Assembly: GCA_016791205.1 (NCBI GenBank)
Contig: JAEUNH010000128.1
Coordinates: 4,594-68,593, forward strand
DNA length: 64,000 nt
Direction of reading: 5' to 3'
From: Rhodocyclaceae bacterium
Lineage (GTDB): Bacteria; Pseudomonadota; Gammaproteobacteria; Burkholderiales; Rhodocyclaceae
Shown here: piece after piece, positions 19,462 through 29,998 of the stretch
Position numbering within the stretch: position 1 is the stretch's first letter
Layout: each line of letters starts with the position of its first letter
The notes under the pieces: generated by a model
The model's database searches: none
Told to the model about the DNA's origin: nothing
The model's input: only the letters and a program-made list of their open reading frames with translations
Program-made: the position numbers and the translations under genes

Positions 19462-20032
19462 GGGCCTCGCCGCAAGAGCCGCCGGAGCCCAGCGCGGCGC
19501 GACGCTGATCGAAGCAATTCTGTTCATCGTCATCGTCGGGGTGGCGGTCGGCACGGTGCTGGCCGTCTTTGTCGGCACCAGCCGGCAGAGCGGCGAGCCG
19601 ATGATCCGCAAGCAGGCGCTGGCCATCGCCGAATCGCTGCTCGAGGAAGTGCGCCTGATGCCCTTCACCTTCTGCGACCCGGACGATGCCAACGTGGCGA
19701 CGGCGACCGGCGCCTTCATCGGCCCGACCGGCTGCGCGACGACCCTCGAGGGGCCCGGCATCGAGGGCGGCGAAGCGCGCGGCGCGCCGCTGACCCCGCT
19801 CGACAACGTCAGCGATTACGCTGGCCTGGTCCTGGCGACCGCCAGCGACATCACCGGGACGGCCTATCCCGGCTACAGCGCCACCATCGTCCTTGCCGCG
19901 CCGGCCCTGGGAGCGGGGCCCAACGCCGTGCCGGCCAGCGAGAGCTGGCTGATCACCGTGAATGTCATCGGCCCGGCCGGCATCGCCGTGCAGATCGAAG
20001 GCATCAGGACCCGCCATGCGCCCAACCTCTGA
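19451..20032 (+). CDS. mshD: Minor pilin, MshD-like
   Basis: RG|ATLIEAI, QALAIAESLLEEV, DNVSDY. Confidence 0.82.
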   Translation: MSSEGLAARAAGAQRGATLIEAILFIVIVGVAVGTVLAVFVGTSRQSGEPMIRKQALAIAESLLEEVRLMPFTFCDPDDANVATATGAFIGPTGCATTLEGPGIEGGEARGAPLTPLDNVSDYAGLVLATASDITGTAYPGYSATIVLAAPALGAGPNAVPASESWLITVNVIGPAGIAVQIEGIRTRHAPNL

Positions 20033-20921
20033 GCGCGGCTTCACGCTGATCGAGCTGATCGTTGCCCTCACCCTGACCGGCATCCTGGCGGCGGTGATGG
20101 CGGTATTCCTGCGCGTGCCCTTTTCCGGCTACCAGGACGTGACCCGCCGGGCCACCCTGACCGACATCGCCGACACGGCCCTGCGGCGCATGTCGCGGGA
20201 CATCCGCAATGCCCTGCCCAACAGCGTGCGGGTGACCAACCCCGCGGTCGGCGTCTTCTATCTGGAGTTCCTCGACGTCAGAACCAGCGGCCGCTATCGC
20301 AGCCAGCCGAGCGGCGGGGCGATGAGTTGCCCGGTCGGCGGCTGGGGCGCCGGCTTCAATGACACGTTCGAGTTCGGGGTCGGCGTCAGCGACACCTGCC
20401 TGCGCACCCTGGGGGCGACGCCGTACCTGGCCGCCATCGTGCCCGGCAGCGATTTCCTGGTGGTCAGCAATCTCGGCGTCGGGGTGGCCGGCGGCGACGC
20501 CTATGCCAGCGGCCCTGCCAGCGGCGGCAACAAGAGCCTGATCGCGGCAACGGTTGCCGGCGGCGGCCCGGCGCCCGAGGATACGATCAGCTTCGCCGCC
20601 AACAGTTTCGTCCTCGATTCGCCAAGCGCCCGCTTCTACGTCGTCTCCGGCCCGGTGACCTACCAATGCAACACCGCGACCGGCACCCTGACCCGCCACG
20701 ACGGCTATCCGATCGCCGCGGTGCAACCGGCGCCATTGCCGGCGGCAGGCAACAACCTGGCGACGGGCGTGACGGGATGCGCCATCACCTACGCGCCGGG
20801 CATTACCTCGCGCTCCGGCCTGGTCACCCTCACCCTGACGCTGTCGCAAGCCGACCCGCAGACCGGCCAGCTCGAATCGGTGACCCTGATGAGCCAGGTG
20901 CATGTGAGCCATACGCCATGA
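20016..20921 (+). CDS. mshO: Minor pilin, MshO-like
   Basis: G|FTLIELIV, RRMSRDIRNALPNSVRV, C-terminal QVHVSHTP. Confidence 0.87.
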   Translation: MRPTSERGFTLIELIVALTLTGILAAVMAVFLRVPFSGYQDVTRRATLTDIADTALRRMSRDIRNALPNSVRVTNPAVGVFYLEFLDVRTSGRYRSQPSGGAMSCPVGGWGAGFNDTFEFGVGVSDTCLRTLGATPYLAAIVPGSDFLVVSNLGVGVAGGDAYASGPASGGNKSLIAATVAGGGPAPEDTISFAANSFVLDSPSARFYVVSGPVTYQCNTATGTLTRHDGYPIAAVQPAPLPAAGNNLATGVTGCAITYAPGITSRSGLVTLTLTLSQADPQTGQLESVTLMSQVHVSHTP

Positions 20922-21409
20922 GATCGCCGCGAATCAAAAGTCGGTCTGCGCAACACGGCGTTTCGATCGTCACCGCCATCGTCCTGATCGTCATCCTGGC
21001 AGCGCTGGCGGCTTACTCTGTCACGGTGTTCCAGTCGCAGCAGAGCGCCGCGGCGCTCGACGTGCTGGGCGTGCGGGCCTACCAGGCGGCCCAGGCCGGG
21101 CTCGAGTGGGGCAGCTGGAACGTCCTGCGCAACCCGCCGCGGCCGGCGCCGCCGGCGCCCGACGTGCCGCCGGCTTGCCCGCCTTCGCCGACCACACTGG
21201 CGATGCCGGTCGGCACCACGCTGGCGGCATTCACCGTCACGGTGACCTGCGGCGTGACCAGCCACAGCGAGGCCGGCGAAACGGTTACCTTGTACACTTT
21301 CACCTCGACCGCCTGCAACCTGGCCGGGCCCGGCGGCTGCCCGAATCCGGCGGCGCCGGCCAACGAGTACGTCGAGCGGCAGGTGCAGGCCAGAGTGGAG
21401 CGACGATGA
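20918..21409 (+). CDS. mshP: Minor pilin, MshP-like
   Basis: HG|VSIVTAIV, RAYQAAQAGLEWG, YVERQV. Confidence 0.85.
   Translation: MRSPRIKSRSAQHGVSIVTAIVLIVILAALAAYSVTVFQSQQSAAALDVLGVRAYQAAQAGLEWGSWNVLRNPPRPAPPAPDVPPACPPSPTTLAMPVGTTLAAFTVTVTCGVTSHSEAGETVTLYTFTSTACNLAGPGGCPNPAAPANEYVERQVQARVERR
20936..20960 (-). repeat. Dispersed 25-bp motif, copy 4 (CGCCGTGTTGCGCAGACCGACTTTT on minus)
   Basis: In the mshP leader, read as KSRSAQHG. Confidence 0.9.
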
Positions 21410-24400
21410 CGATGAGGCGGGCGATCCGGCTGTTCGTGTTCCTGGGGCTCCCGGGTTTTGCCGCGGGCACCTGGGCGGCCACCTGCACCTCGCTGGGCAG
21501 CGGCAACTGGAACAATGCCGCCACCTGGAGTTGCGCCGCCGTGCCGCTGGCGGGCGACGACGTGGTGATCGCCAACGGGCATACGGTCACGGTGAACACC
21601 GCCGCGGTATGCCGCGACGTGACCATCAACAATGGCAATGCCGACTCGACCCTCGTCATTGCCGGCGCCAATTCGCTGACGGCCTCGCGCGATATCACCA
21701 TCAACGCCAACACCGCCGGCCGGGTCAAGCTGCTCGACGTCGCGGGCGGCACGCTCAGCGTCGGGCGCAACCTGACCCTGGCCAGCACCGGCAACAACCG
21801 CATTGCCCGGCTGGCCATCGGCGCTGGCACGGCGACGATTGCCGGAAACCTGACCGCCAACAACCAGCCGAACCGCGAGCAGGTGGTATTTTCCGCGGCC
21901 GGCGTCCTGCGGATCGGCGGCAACTTCACCAATGGCGGCACCCTGACCGCGGGCAGCGGCACGGTTACCTACAACGGCGGCGGCGCCCAGAACATCGGCG
22001 CCTACACCTACAACCACCTGACGGTCGCCAAGGCCGGCGGCACGGCCACCTTCGGCGGCAACGTGACGCTGGTGGGCAATTTCACCCACGATGGCGGCTT
22101 CAACGGCATCACCGGCAACCGCACCGCCACCTTCGCTGGCGCGGCGGCCCAGACTATCGGCGGCACTGCGGCGAGCTCGTCCTTCTATCGCATCGATCTC
22201 AACAACGCCAACGGCCTGACGATCAACCACAACGTCACGGTCTCCAACCGACTGCGCTTCCTCAACGGCCGGGTCACCACCGGCGCCAATCTGCTTTCAG
22301 TCGGCATCAGCAATGCCTCCTCCGGGACCATTGCCGGGAGCAACGCCAACCGATTCGTGGTCGGCAACCTGGCGCGCTGGATCAGGACGGCCGGCGGCAG
22401 CGTGGCCTACGATTTTCCCGTCGGCAGCTTGACCAGGGCCTTGGCCAACCTGCGCTTTCGCGCAGTAACGACCGGCAACTATGTCCGGGTCGCGACTGTG
22501 GCTGGCGACCACCCGCAAATCGCCACCTCCGGGATCAATCCCGCGCTCAGCGTCAACCGCTACTGGACGGTGGCGAATCTTGGGGTTGTTTTCAACGTGG
22601 CGGCCCCCCAGCGGCGAATGATATTCAACTGGGTGGCGGCGGACCGGGACGGGGGCAGCAATCCAAACGCCTATGTCGCCAAGCGCTATTCCGGAGGCGC
22701 CTGGTCCGATACCGATCTGTCGCCCGGTCGCACCGCGACGTCGATCACGCTCAATCCCTACCTCGAGTTCGGCGATTTCGCCATTGGCGAGCCGCTGACC
22801 GTCGTCGTTCCCGGCGGCTTCAACGCCTTCGAGACGGCCACCCCGCCGGGCATCGCCGGCGTGATCCATACCAAGGCCGCCGGCAGTAACATCGACCTGG
22901 CGATCGTGGCACTCAACGCCGCCAAGACCGCCGTCGAGACCTTGTTCACCGGCGACGTGAAAATCGAGCTGCTGGATGCCTCGAACAATGCCGGCGCACT
23001 CGACGCCAATGGCTGCCGGCCGAGCTGGACCCCCTTGCCGGTGTTCGTGCCGCCGACGCTGACTTTCGCGCTGGCCGACCTCGGCCGCAAGAACGTGACG
23101 CTGACCGAGAGCAACGCATGGCGCGAAGTCAGGGTGCGGATGACCTACCCGGCGCTCGGCGCGCCGCTGGCGATCGGCTGCTCGACCGACAATTTCGCCA
23201 TCCGGCCGGCGGCGCTCGGCATGGCCGTGACCGACTCCGACTGGCAGACCGCCGGCATCGCCCGAACGCTCAACAATGCCGCCTTCCCCGGCGGCACAGT
23301 GCACAAGGCCGGCCAGCCCTTCACGATCACGGTCACCGGCTACAACGCGTTGAGTGTTGTTACCAGCAATTACGACGGCAGCCCGACCGCCAATCTCGCC
23401 GGATTCGTGCTGCCGCCGCTTGGCGCCTGCCCGACGTGCTCGGTCAGCGTCGGCGCATTCTCCGGTGCGGGCGGGACGGTCACATCGAGTACGGCCACTT
23501 ACAGCGAGGTCGGCGTCTTCCAGCTGCAGATGGCCGACGACAGTTGGGCGGCGGTCGATGCCGCCGACGGCTCGACGGCGGCGGAACGGACGGCCTATTC
23601 CGTCATCACTACGGTCGGCCGCTTCGTGCCCGATCATTTCGAGCTGACCGCCGGGGCGGTGACCGCCGCCTGCACCACCGGCGCGCCGGCCTTCACCTAT
23701 ATGGGCCAGCCTTTCCAGAGCCTGGCGGCGACCGTGCAGGCGCAGAACGCCTCGAACGCGGTGACGGTCAATTACAACAGCCCGGGCTATGCGCCGGGCA
23801 CGCTGGCGACGCTGGCCTGGCAGGCCGAAAATGCCAACAACGGCATCGATCTGTCGGTCCGAATGAATGTCACCGCGCCTTCTCCCCTCTGGAGCAACGG
23901 CGTCTATTCGCTCAGCTCGGCAGCGGCGAGCTTCCGCCGGGCCACGCCGGACAATCCGGACGGACCTTATGACAGCTTGCAATTGGGTCTGCGATTGACG
24001 GATCCCGATGCGGTGGCGCTGAACGGCCTCGACATGAATGCGGCGACGGCGGGCGCATGCTTACCCTGCAACGCCAAGGCCGTAGGCGCCGCCACCAGTG
24101 TGCGCTTCGGCCGGCTGCGGCTGTCCAACGCCGTCGGTTCGGAACTGCGGCCGCTGATCGTCCCGGTCAGCGCCCAGTACTGGAACGGCACCGGCTTCTC
24201 CACCAATTTCGCCGATTACCAGTTGGCCGTGCCCTGCACCTCGCTGGCCGGCCTGGTTTCGCTGGGCAACTTCCAGGGCAATCTGAATGCCGGCGAAACG
24301 CTCCCGCTGCTCACCGGCGTGCTCGGCGCCACCAACCACCTCAGTCTGTCGATTCCGGGCTTGGGCAATCAGGGCAGCGTCGATGTCCGCGTCAATCTCG

Positions 24401-24549
24401 GCGGCATGACCTGGCTGCGCGGCCGCTGGGACGACACCTCGAATCCCGACGCAGACGCCACGACCCTTTATGACGATGATCCGGCTGCCCGCGCGACCTT
24501 CGGCATCCATCGCGATTCAATGATTTATCGGCGCGAAATCGCCCCTTGA
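21406..24549 (+). CDS. mshQ: Large pilus-associated adhesin, MshQ-like
   Basis: Signal peptide; GRFVPDHF, FTYMGQPF, RFGRLRLSNAVGSE, ATFG...IYRRE C-terminal motifs; follows mshP. Confidence 0.82.
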   Translation: MTMRRAIRLFVFLGLPGFAAGTWAATCTSLGSGNWNNAATWSCAAVPLAGDDVVIANGHTVTVNTAAVCRDVTINNGNADSTLVIAGANSLTASRDITINANTAGRVKLLDVAGGTLSVGRNLTLASTGNNRIARLAIGAGTATIAGNLTANNQPNREQVVFSAAGVLRIGGNFTNGGTLTAGSGTVTYNGGGAQNIGAYTYNHLTVAKAGGTATFGGNVTLVGNFTHDGGFNGITGNRTATFAGAAAQTIGGTAASSSFYRIDLNNANGLTINHNVTVSNRLRFLNGRVTTGANLLSVGISNASSGTIAGSNANRFVVGNLARWIRTAGGSVAYDFPVGSLTRALANLRFRAVTTGNYVRVATVAGDHPQIATSGINPALSVNRYWTVANLGVVFNVAAPQRRMIFNWVAADRDGGSNPNAYVAKRYSGGAWSDTDLSPGRTATSITLNPYLEFGDFAIGEPLTVVVPGGFNAFETATPPGIAGVIHTKAAGSNIDLAIVALNAAKTAVETLFTGDVKIELLDASNNAGALDANGCRPSWTPLPVFVPPTLTFALADLGRKNVTLTESNAWREVRVRMTYPALGAPLAIGCSTDNFAIRPAALGMAVTDSDWQTAGIARTLNNAAFPGGTVHKAGQPFTITVTGYNALSVVTSNYDGSPTANLAGFVLPPLGACPTCSVSVGAFSGAGGTVTSSTATYSEVGVFQLQMADDSWAAVDAADGSTAAERTAYSVITTVGRFVPDHFELTAGAVTAACTTGAPAFTYMGQPFQSLAATVQAQNASNAVTVNYNSPGYAPGTLATLAWQAENANNGIDLSVRMNVTAPSPLWSNGVYSLSSAAASFRRATPDNPDGPYDSLQLGLRLTDPDAVALNGLDMNAATAGACLPCNAKAVGAATSVRFGRLRLSNAVGSELRPLIVPVSAQYWNGTGFSTNFADYQLAVPCTSLAGLVSLGNFQGNLNAGETLPLLTGVLGATNHLSLSIPGLGNQGSVDVRVNLGGMTWLRGRWDDTSNPDADATTLYDDDPAARATFGIHRDSMIYRREIAP

Positions 24550-24580
24550 GCCGGATTTCGAAAAAAACCCTTCCAGGCGA

Positions 24581-24609
24581 TTGACAAGAGGAACGAAAAC
24601 CTTTAGTTT
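24581..24609 (+). promoter_or_regulatory. Sigma70-type promoter for the mshI-N block
   Basis: TTGACA-17 bp-TAGTTT in an AT-rich intergenic region. Confidence 0.65.
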
Positions 24610-24639
24610 CCGTTAGTTATATGGATAACTTAACGTGAA

Positions 24640-25581
24640 ATGAGAATTTTCGGTTCCGCCAAACGGAACGGCTGGCTTGCCGTTGCGACCCGTGACGGGG
24701 TGGTGGACGTTGCTCATATTCATGCCGGTGCCGGCGGACGCCCCGAAGTGACCGTGTGCGGAAGCTTCAGAAAAGAGGGCGCCGAGCTTCAAACCTACAT
24801 CAGGCTGCGCAAGGAGTTCTCACTCGATCGCTATCGCGCCACCACCAGCCTGCGATTCGGCGAATATCAGTTCCTGCAGGTGGAGCCGCCGGAAGTTTCG
24901 CCGGAAGAACTGAAGGAGGCCATGCGCTGGCGCATCAAGGATCTGGTGGACTTCCCGGTCGACCGGGCAACCTTGGACGTGCTGGAGGTGCCGGCCGAGG
25001 GAGACGGCGGCGCCCGGCGCCGCAACCTGTTCGTGGTCTGCGCACCCAACGATCTGCTCGGCAAGCGGATTCAGCTTTTCCAGGCCGCCAAGCTGGATCT
25101 CGAAGCCATCGACATCCCTGAAACCGTGCAGCGCAATGTCGCGGCCTTGTTCGAGCCCGCAGGCCGAGGCGTTGCCATGCTCGGATTCACGCCGGAAGGG
25201 GGCTTGCTGACCTTCACCTTCCGCGGCGATCTGCATGCCTCGCGCCGGCTGGAGATCACCCTCGATCAGCTGCTGAATGCCGATACCGAGCAGCGGCAGG
25301 CCCTGTTCGACCGCATCGTCCTCGAGCTGCAGCGCTCGATAGATGCCTTCGAGCACCAGCACCACCATGTCAGCCTGGCGAAGCTGATGGTGATGCCGCT
25401 GCCCGAGGAGATCGGCCTGGCCGCCTATCTTGGCCAGAACCTTTATGTCGCGGTCGAGGCAGCCGATCTGGGAAGCGTCATGGATCTCATCAAAGTGCCC
25501 GAGCTCCGCAATCCGGGTCGTCAGGCGCAATGCTTTCATCTGCTCGGCGCGGCGTTGCGCAATTTCGAGGTGCGTCGATGA
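24640..25581 (+). CDS. mshI: MSHA biogenesis protein MshI (PilM-like)
   Basis: YQFLQVEPP, AMRWRIKDL, AIDIPE...RN, LELQRSID. Confidence 0.87.
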   Translation: MRIFGSAKRNGWLAVATRDGVVDVAHIHAGAGGRPEVTVCGSFRKEGAELQTYIRLRKEFSLDRYRATTSLRFGEYQFLQVEPPEVSPEELKEAMRWRIKDLVDFPVDRATLDVLEVPAEGDGGARRRNLFVVCAPNDLLGKRIQLFQAAKLDLEAIDIPETVQRNVAALFEPAGRGVAMLGFTPEGGLLTFTFRGDLHASRRLEITLDQLLNADTEQRQALFDRIVLELQRSIDAFEHQHHHVSLAKLMVMPLPEEIGLAAYLGQNLYVAVEAADLGSVMDLIKVPELRNPGRQAQCFHLLGAALRNFEVRR

Positions 25582-26288
25582 CCCGCCAGATCAACCTGCT
25601 GAATCCGGCGCTGCGGCTGAAGCGGGAATGGCTGACCGGGAAGACGCTGCTGCCCGGCCTCGGCCTCTTGCTGCTCGCGCTGGGGCTGTATGGCGGCATG
25701 CTGCGCTGGGAGAACCAGAAGCTCGCCGAGGAGTCGGCGCACGGGGCCGCCGAGTTGCAGCAGCAGCAGGCGGAGCTGACGCGAATCAGCGAGGAACTCG
25801 GGCAGCGCAAGCTCAGCAAGGAGCTGGAGACCACTCTGCAGCGGGCGGAAGCGGCCCTGCGCGGCCGGGAGCGCGTCAAGGAAGCGCTCGACAGCGGCGT
25901 GCTCGGCTCTTCGGAAGGATTCTCGGAATATCTGCGGGCCCTGGCGCGGCAGTCGCAAACGGGGTTGTGGCTGGTCGGTCTGCAGGTTGCCGACGGCGGC
26001 AAGAAAATCACCCTGGAAGGCCGGACGCTCAATCCCGACCAGATTCCAGGCTACATACGCGGGCTCAACACGGAGGCCGCCTTGCGCGGCCGATCCTTCG
26101 AGGCGCTGAATGTGCAGTGGGTCGGAGACGAGAAGCCGGCGCCGGCGGCCGCCGGGCAGACCGGCCAGGCCGAAGCGGCCAAGCAGCCGCCGTTCCATGA
26201 ATTCCTACTGGCAGCCATGGTTGCCAAGCCAGGATCGGAGAGCGGCCCGGGCGCATCCCCCGTGGCGGCGAACGGAGGGTCGAGATGA
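25578..26288 (+). CDS. PilN-like MSHA biogenesis protein
   Basis: RQINLLNP, TM, coiled coil, ALARQ...GLWL. Confidence 0.8.
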   Translation: MTRQINLLNPALRLKREWLTGKTLLPGLGLLLLALGLYGGMLRWENQKLAEESAHGAAELQQQQAELTRISEELGQRKLSKELETTLQRAEAALRGRERVKEALDSGVLGSSEGFSEYLRALARQSQTGLWLVGLQVADGGKKITLEGRTLNPDQIPGYIRGLNTEAALRGRSFEALNVQWVGDEKPAPAAAGQTGQAEAAKQPPFHEFLLAAMVAKPGSESGPGASPVAANGGSR

Positions 26289-26983
26289 AATCGACACTGG
26301 CAGGACTGCTGCTGAAGTTCGACGCCTTGAGCCAGCGCGAAAGGCTGATGGTCGCCCTGGCGGGCGCGGCCGTCATCTGGTTTCTGGCCGATGCCCTGCT
26401 GCTGAGCGCCGGGTCACGCCAGAACGCCGGGCTGAAAGCGAGCATCGTCGAGCAGCGTGCCGAATCCGGCAGGATCGCCGCCCAGATCAAGGAACTGCAG
26501 GGCAGGGCCGCGAGCCATCCCGACATCCAGGCGCAAGCCAGGATCAAGGAGATCGAGCAGCGGATCGCGACCATCGACGCCACGCTCCAGTCGGCCGCCA
26601 AGCAGCTGGTCCCGCCGGAACGCATGGCCACGCTGCTCGAGGATCTCCTCAAGCGCAACAGGCGCCTGCAGCTGCTGAAGATGGCCACGCTGCCGCCGAC
26701 GGAACTGCTCGGACGCGAAAGCGCCGCAACCGGAACCGGCGGGCCGGCCCAGGGCGGCGCCGGAGCGGGGGGCTTGGGCGAGAACAACATCTTCAAGCAC
26801 GGCGTCGAGCTGACCCTTCGCGGCAGCTATTTCGACATGCTGGACTACCTGACGCAGATCGAGTCCCTGCCCTGGCAGATGTATTGGGGCCGACTGAAGC
26901 TGGATGCCAGGGAATACCGGCGGCCGGTGCTGACGCTGACGCTCTACACGCTGAGCCTCGACAAGGTGTGGCTGACGATATGA
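26285..26983 (+). CDS. mshJ: MSHA biogenesis protein MshJ
   Basis: LSQRER, LVPPERM, FKHGVELTLRGSY, LYTLSLDK. Confidence 0.88.
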   Translation: MKSTLAGLLLKFDALSQRERLMVALAGAAVIWFLADALLLSAGSRQNAGLKASIVEQRAESGRIAAQIKELQGRAASHPDIQAQARIKEIEQRIATIDATLQSAAKQLVPPERMATLLEDLLKRNRRLQLLKMATLPPTELLGRESAATGTGGPAQGGAGAGGLGENNIFKHGVELTLRGSYFDMLDYLTQIESLPWQMYWGRLKLDAREYRRPVLTLTLYTLSLDKVWLTI

Positions 26984-27375
26984 AGCGCGGACCCAACTAC
27001 CCATTGAGCGGCCGCACCCTGTTGTTCGCGCTCCTGGGTATGGGCATCGCGTACGCGGGGGCGGCCTGGTCCCAAACCATGCGGGATCCGACCCGGCCGC
27101 CGGTCCAGTTTCTCGATCCGGCCGACGTGGCGGATGAGGCGACGGCGCCCGCTTCGGGCTTGCAGACGATCAAGCGGACCGGCAAGCGCCGCGCCGCGCT
27201 GCTGCACGGAGAATGGGTCAAGCCGGGCGACAAGTTCGGCGAGGCCGTGGTGGAGAAAATCGACGACCAATCGGTCACCCTGCATCACCCGGATGGCCGC
27301 CGGGAAACGATCAGGATGTATCCGGAAGTCGATGTCCAGTCATCGCGGGCCGTGAAACGAATGGCCGGCAGATAA
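26980..27375 (+). CDS. mshK: MSHA biogenesis protein MshK
   Basis: Signal peptide then RDPTRPP; between mshJ and mshL. Confidence 0.82.
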   Translation: MKRGPNYPLSGRTLLFALLGMGIAYAGAAWSQTMRDPTRPPVQFLDPADVADEATAPASGLQTIKRTGKRRAALLHGEWVKPGDKFGEAVVEKIDDQSVTLHHPDGRRETIRMYPEVDVQSSRAVKRMAGR

Positions 27376-27385
27376 GGGAAGAGCC

Positions 27386-29152
27386 ATGAAAAACATCTAC
27401 ATCATCTCCGCAGTCGTCCTGCTCGCCGGCTGCCAGGGGATGTCCTCGATTCAGTCGGGCGCGGTGCGGGACACGATCAACGCCGAGATGCAGCGGGCGA
27501 CCGACAAGCGTTCGCCGGAGGCCGCTCCCGATGCGGTGAGCAGAGCCCTGGTGCCGCCCTTGTCGGGCCAGATCGAGGCGCCGGCCGGCAAGACCAGCGA
27601 GCCGCGCTTCGACCTGTCCGTCAGCAATGCACCGGCCAGCCAGGTGTTCATGGCAATCGTCTCCGGCACGCGCTACAGCATGCTGGTCAACCCCGAGGTG
27701 ACGGGGAGCATTTCGGTGAACCTGAAGGATGTCACGGTGCTTGAAGCGCTGGACACCATCCGCGAGCTGTATGGCTATGAATACCGGGTGCAAGGGACGC
27801 GGATCTTCATCCAGCCGCTGAGCATGCAGTCGAAAGTCTTCAAGGTGAACTACCTGACGGCGCAGCGGCTGGGCCGCAGCGACACCCGGGTCGTCTCCGG
27901 ATCGATCACCTCGACGACGGCCGGCGCAGCCGGAACGGGTGCCGCGCCGACCACCACGGGTACCGCAGCGGGAGGCAGCACCACCCAGCCGGCGGCGGGC
28001 AGTTCGGTATCCACCACCAACCAGATGGATTTCTGGAACGAAATCAGCACCGCCATCCGCGCGATCATCGGCGCCGAGGGTGGGCGCAGCGTGGTGATTT
28101 CACCCCAGTCCAGCGTGATCGTGGTGCGGGCCATGCCGCGCGAACTGCGCGAAGTGGAAAACTTCCTGCGGGCCTCCCAGCTGACGATCGAGCGCCAGGT
28201 GATCCTGGAAGCGAAAATCGTCGAAGTGGTGTTGTCCGAGCAGTTTCAGGCCGGCATCAACTGGGGCGCCTTCACGGCGACCCGCCGGCATCGCTTTTCG
28301 TCCGGGGCGAACGTGAGCCAGTTCAAGACCCCCGCCCCGAGCCTGGGTGTCAACCAGGCCGGCGAGATCGCCACCCAGTACAACAGCGATGCCAGCACCT
28401 TCGTCGCCAACGATCTGGGCAACATCCTGGCGGCGCCTTTGGCCGGGGCCGTCGGCCGGCTGGCCGGCGGGCCGCTGGCCGGGGTGATGGGGCTGGCCTT
28501 CCAGACCGGCAGCTTCGCGGCGCTGATCTCTTTCCTTGAAACTCAGGGCGCGGTCCACGTCCTGTCCAGCCCGCGCATTGCCACGATCAACAACCAGAAG
28601 GCGGTGCTCAAGGTCGGGACCGACGATTTCTACGTCACCAACATCAGCACCACCACCTCGTCGAGCGGCAGCAGCACCACCACCTCGCCGACCATCACGG
28701 TGCAGCCCTTCTTTTCCGGCATCGCCCTCGACGTGACTCCGCAGATCGACGAAGACAACAACATCATCCTGCACATTCGCCCCTCGGTCAGCGTGGTCAC
28801 CGAGAAGAACAAGGTGATCAATCTGGGCACCCTCGGCACCTTCCAGCTGCCATTGGCCTCGAGCAGCATCAACGAGACCGACAGCATCGTCCGCGTCAGG
28901 GATGGCAACATCGTCGCCATCGGCGGACTGATGGAATATGTCCAGGCCGACGACGGCGCCAAGGTGCCGGGCGCCGCCGAGGTCATCGAGCCGCTGTTCC
29001 GCCAGGGCAAGAAGGCCCTGCAAAAGCGAGAAGTCGTCGTGCTGCTAAAGCCCACCGTGATCCACAGCGACAAGCAGTGGGAGCAGGACCTGATCGAGAC
29101 CCGCGACAGGATCCGGGCCATGGAGCGCCCCATGCCACAGCCGGCCCAGTAG
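27386..29152 (+). CDS. mshL: Lipoprotein secretin MshL
   Basis: LLAGC lipobox, ERQVILEAKIVEV, NNQKAVLKVG, FFSGIALDVTPQI. Confidence 0.93.
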   Translation: MKNIYIISAVVLLAGCQGMSSIQSGAVRDTINAEMQRATDKRSPEAAPDAVSRALVPPLSGQIEAPAGKTSEPRFDLSVSNAPASQVFMAIVSGTRYSMLVNPEVTGSISVNLKDVTVLEALDTIRELYGYEYRVQGTRIFIQPLSMQSKVFKVNYLTAQRLGRSDTRVVSGSITSTTAGAAGTGAAPTTTGTAAGGSTTQPAAGSSVSTTNQMDFWNEISTAIRAIIGAEGGRSVVISPQSSVIVVRAMPRELREVENFLRASQLTIERQVILEAKIVEVVLSEQFQAGINWGAFTATRRHRFSSGANVSQFKTPAPSLGVNQAGEIATQYNSDASTFVANDLGNILAAPLAGAVGRLAGGPLAGVMGLAFQTGSFAALISFLETQGAVHVLSSPRIATINNQKAVLKVGTDDFYVTNISTTTSSSGSSTTTSPTITVQPFFSGIALDVTPQIDEDNNIILHIRPSVSVVTEKNKVINLGTLGTFQLPLASSSINETDSIVRVRDGNIVAIGGLMEYVQADDGAKVPGAAEVIEPLFRQGKKALQKREVVVLLKPTVIHSDKQWEQDLIETRDRIRAMERPMPQPAQ

Positions 29153-29154
29153 GC

Positions 29155-29988
29155 ATGTACCTCGATCACTTCGGCCTGCGCGAACTGCCCTTCGGCATCA
29201 CGCCGGACACCAGCTTCGCGTTTGCCGGCAAGGCCCACCAGGAGGCGCTCAACACGCTGCTCATCGCCCTGAGAAGCGGCGAGGGCTTCATCAAGATCAC
29301 CGGCGAAGTGGGGACGGGCAAGACGCTGCTTTGCCGCCGCTTTCTGGCCACGCTGGGCCGGGAGGCTGTCACCGCCTACCTGCCCAACCCCTACCTGGAA
29401 CCCCGCACCCTGATGCTGGCGCTGGCCGAGGAACTGGGCGTCGAACTCGACAAGAATGCCGACCAATACCATCTGTTGAAAGGGCTCAATCAGGCCCTGC
29501 TGGAATACGCAAGACAGGAAAGGCCGGTGGTTCTCTGTCTTGACGAGGCCCAGGCGCTACCGATGGAAAGCCTCGAGTCCCTGCGGCTGCTATCCAATCT
29601 TGAGACCGAAAAGCGCAAGCTGCTGCAGCTGGTGCTGTTCGGCCAGCCGGAACTGGATGAGCGGCTGGCAAATCCGTCGGTGCGGCAATTGCGGCAGCGG
29701 ATTTCCTTCCACTACCGCCTCGAAGGCCTGCTGCCCGACGAGATGTCTTTATACCTGGCCCATCGCCTGCATGTCGCGGGCTATCGCGGCCACCGCCTGT
29801 TCGCCCCGGCATCCGGCAAGCTGATCCATCGGGCCGCGCACGGCACGCCGCGCCTGATCAACATTCTGGCGCACAAGGCCATGCTGGCCGCCTACGGCGA
29901 AGGCCGGCAGGAAGTCGTGGCCCGGCACGTCAAGGCGGCCGTCCACGATACCGAAGGCGCGCGCTGGCCGGCCTGGCAGATGTGGTGA
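29155..29988 (+). CDS. mshM: ExeA-family AAA ATPase MshM
   Basis: MYLDHFGLRELPF, GEVGTGKT, DEAQ, GQPEL. Confidence 0.92.
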   Translation: MYLDHFGLRELPFGITPDTSFAFAGKAHQEALNTLLIALRSGEGFIKITGEVGTGKTLLCRRFLATLGREAVTAYLPNPYLEPRTLMLALAEELGVELDKNADQYHLLKGLNQALLEYARQERPVVLCLDEAQALPMESLESLRLLSNLETEKRKLLQLVLFGQPELDERLANPSVRQLRQRISFHYRLEGLLPDEMSLYLAHRLHVAGYRGHRLFAPASGKLIHRAAHGTPRLINILAHKAMLAAYGEGRQEVVARHVKAAVHDTEGARWPAWQMW

Positions 29989-29998
29989 GAAGCGGACC

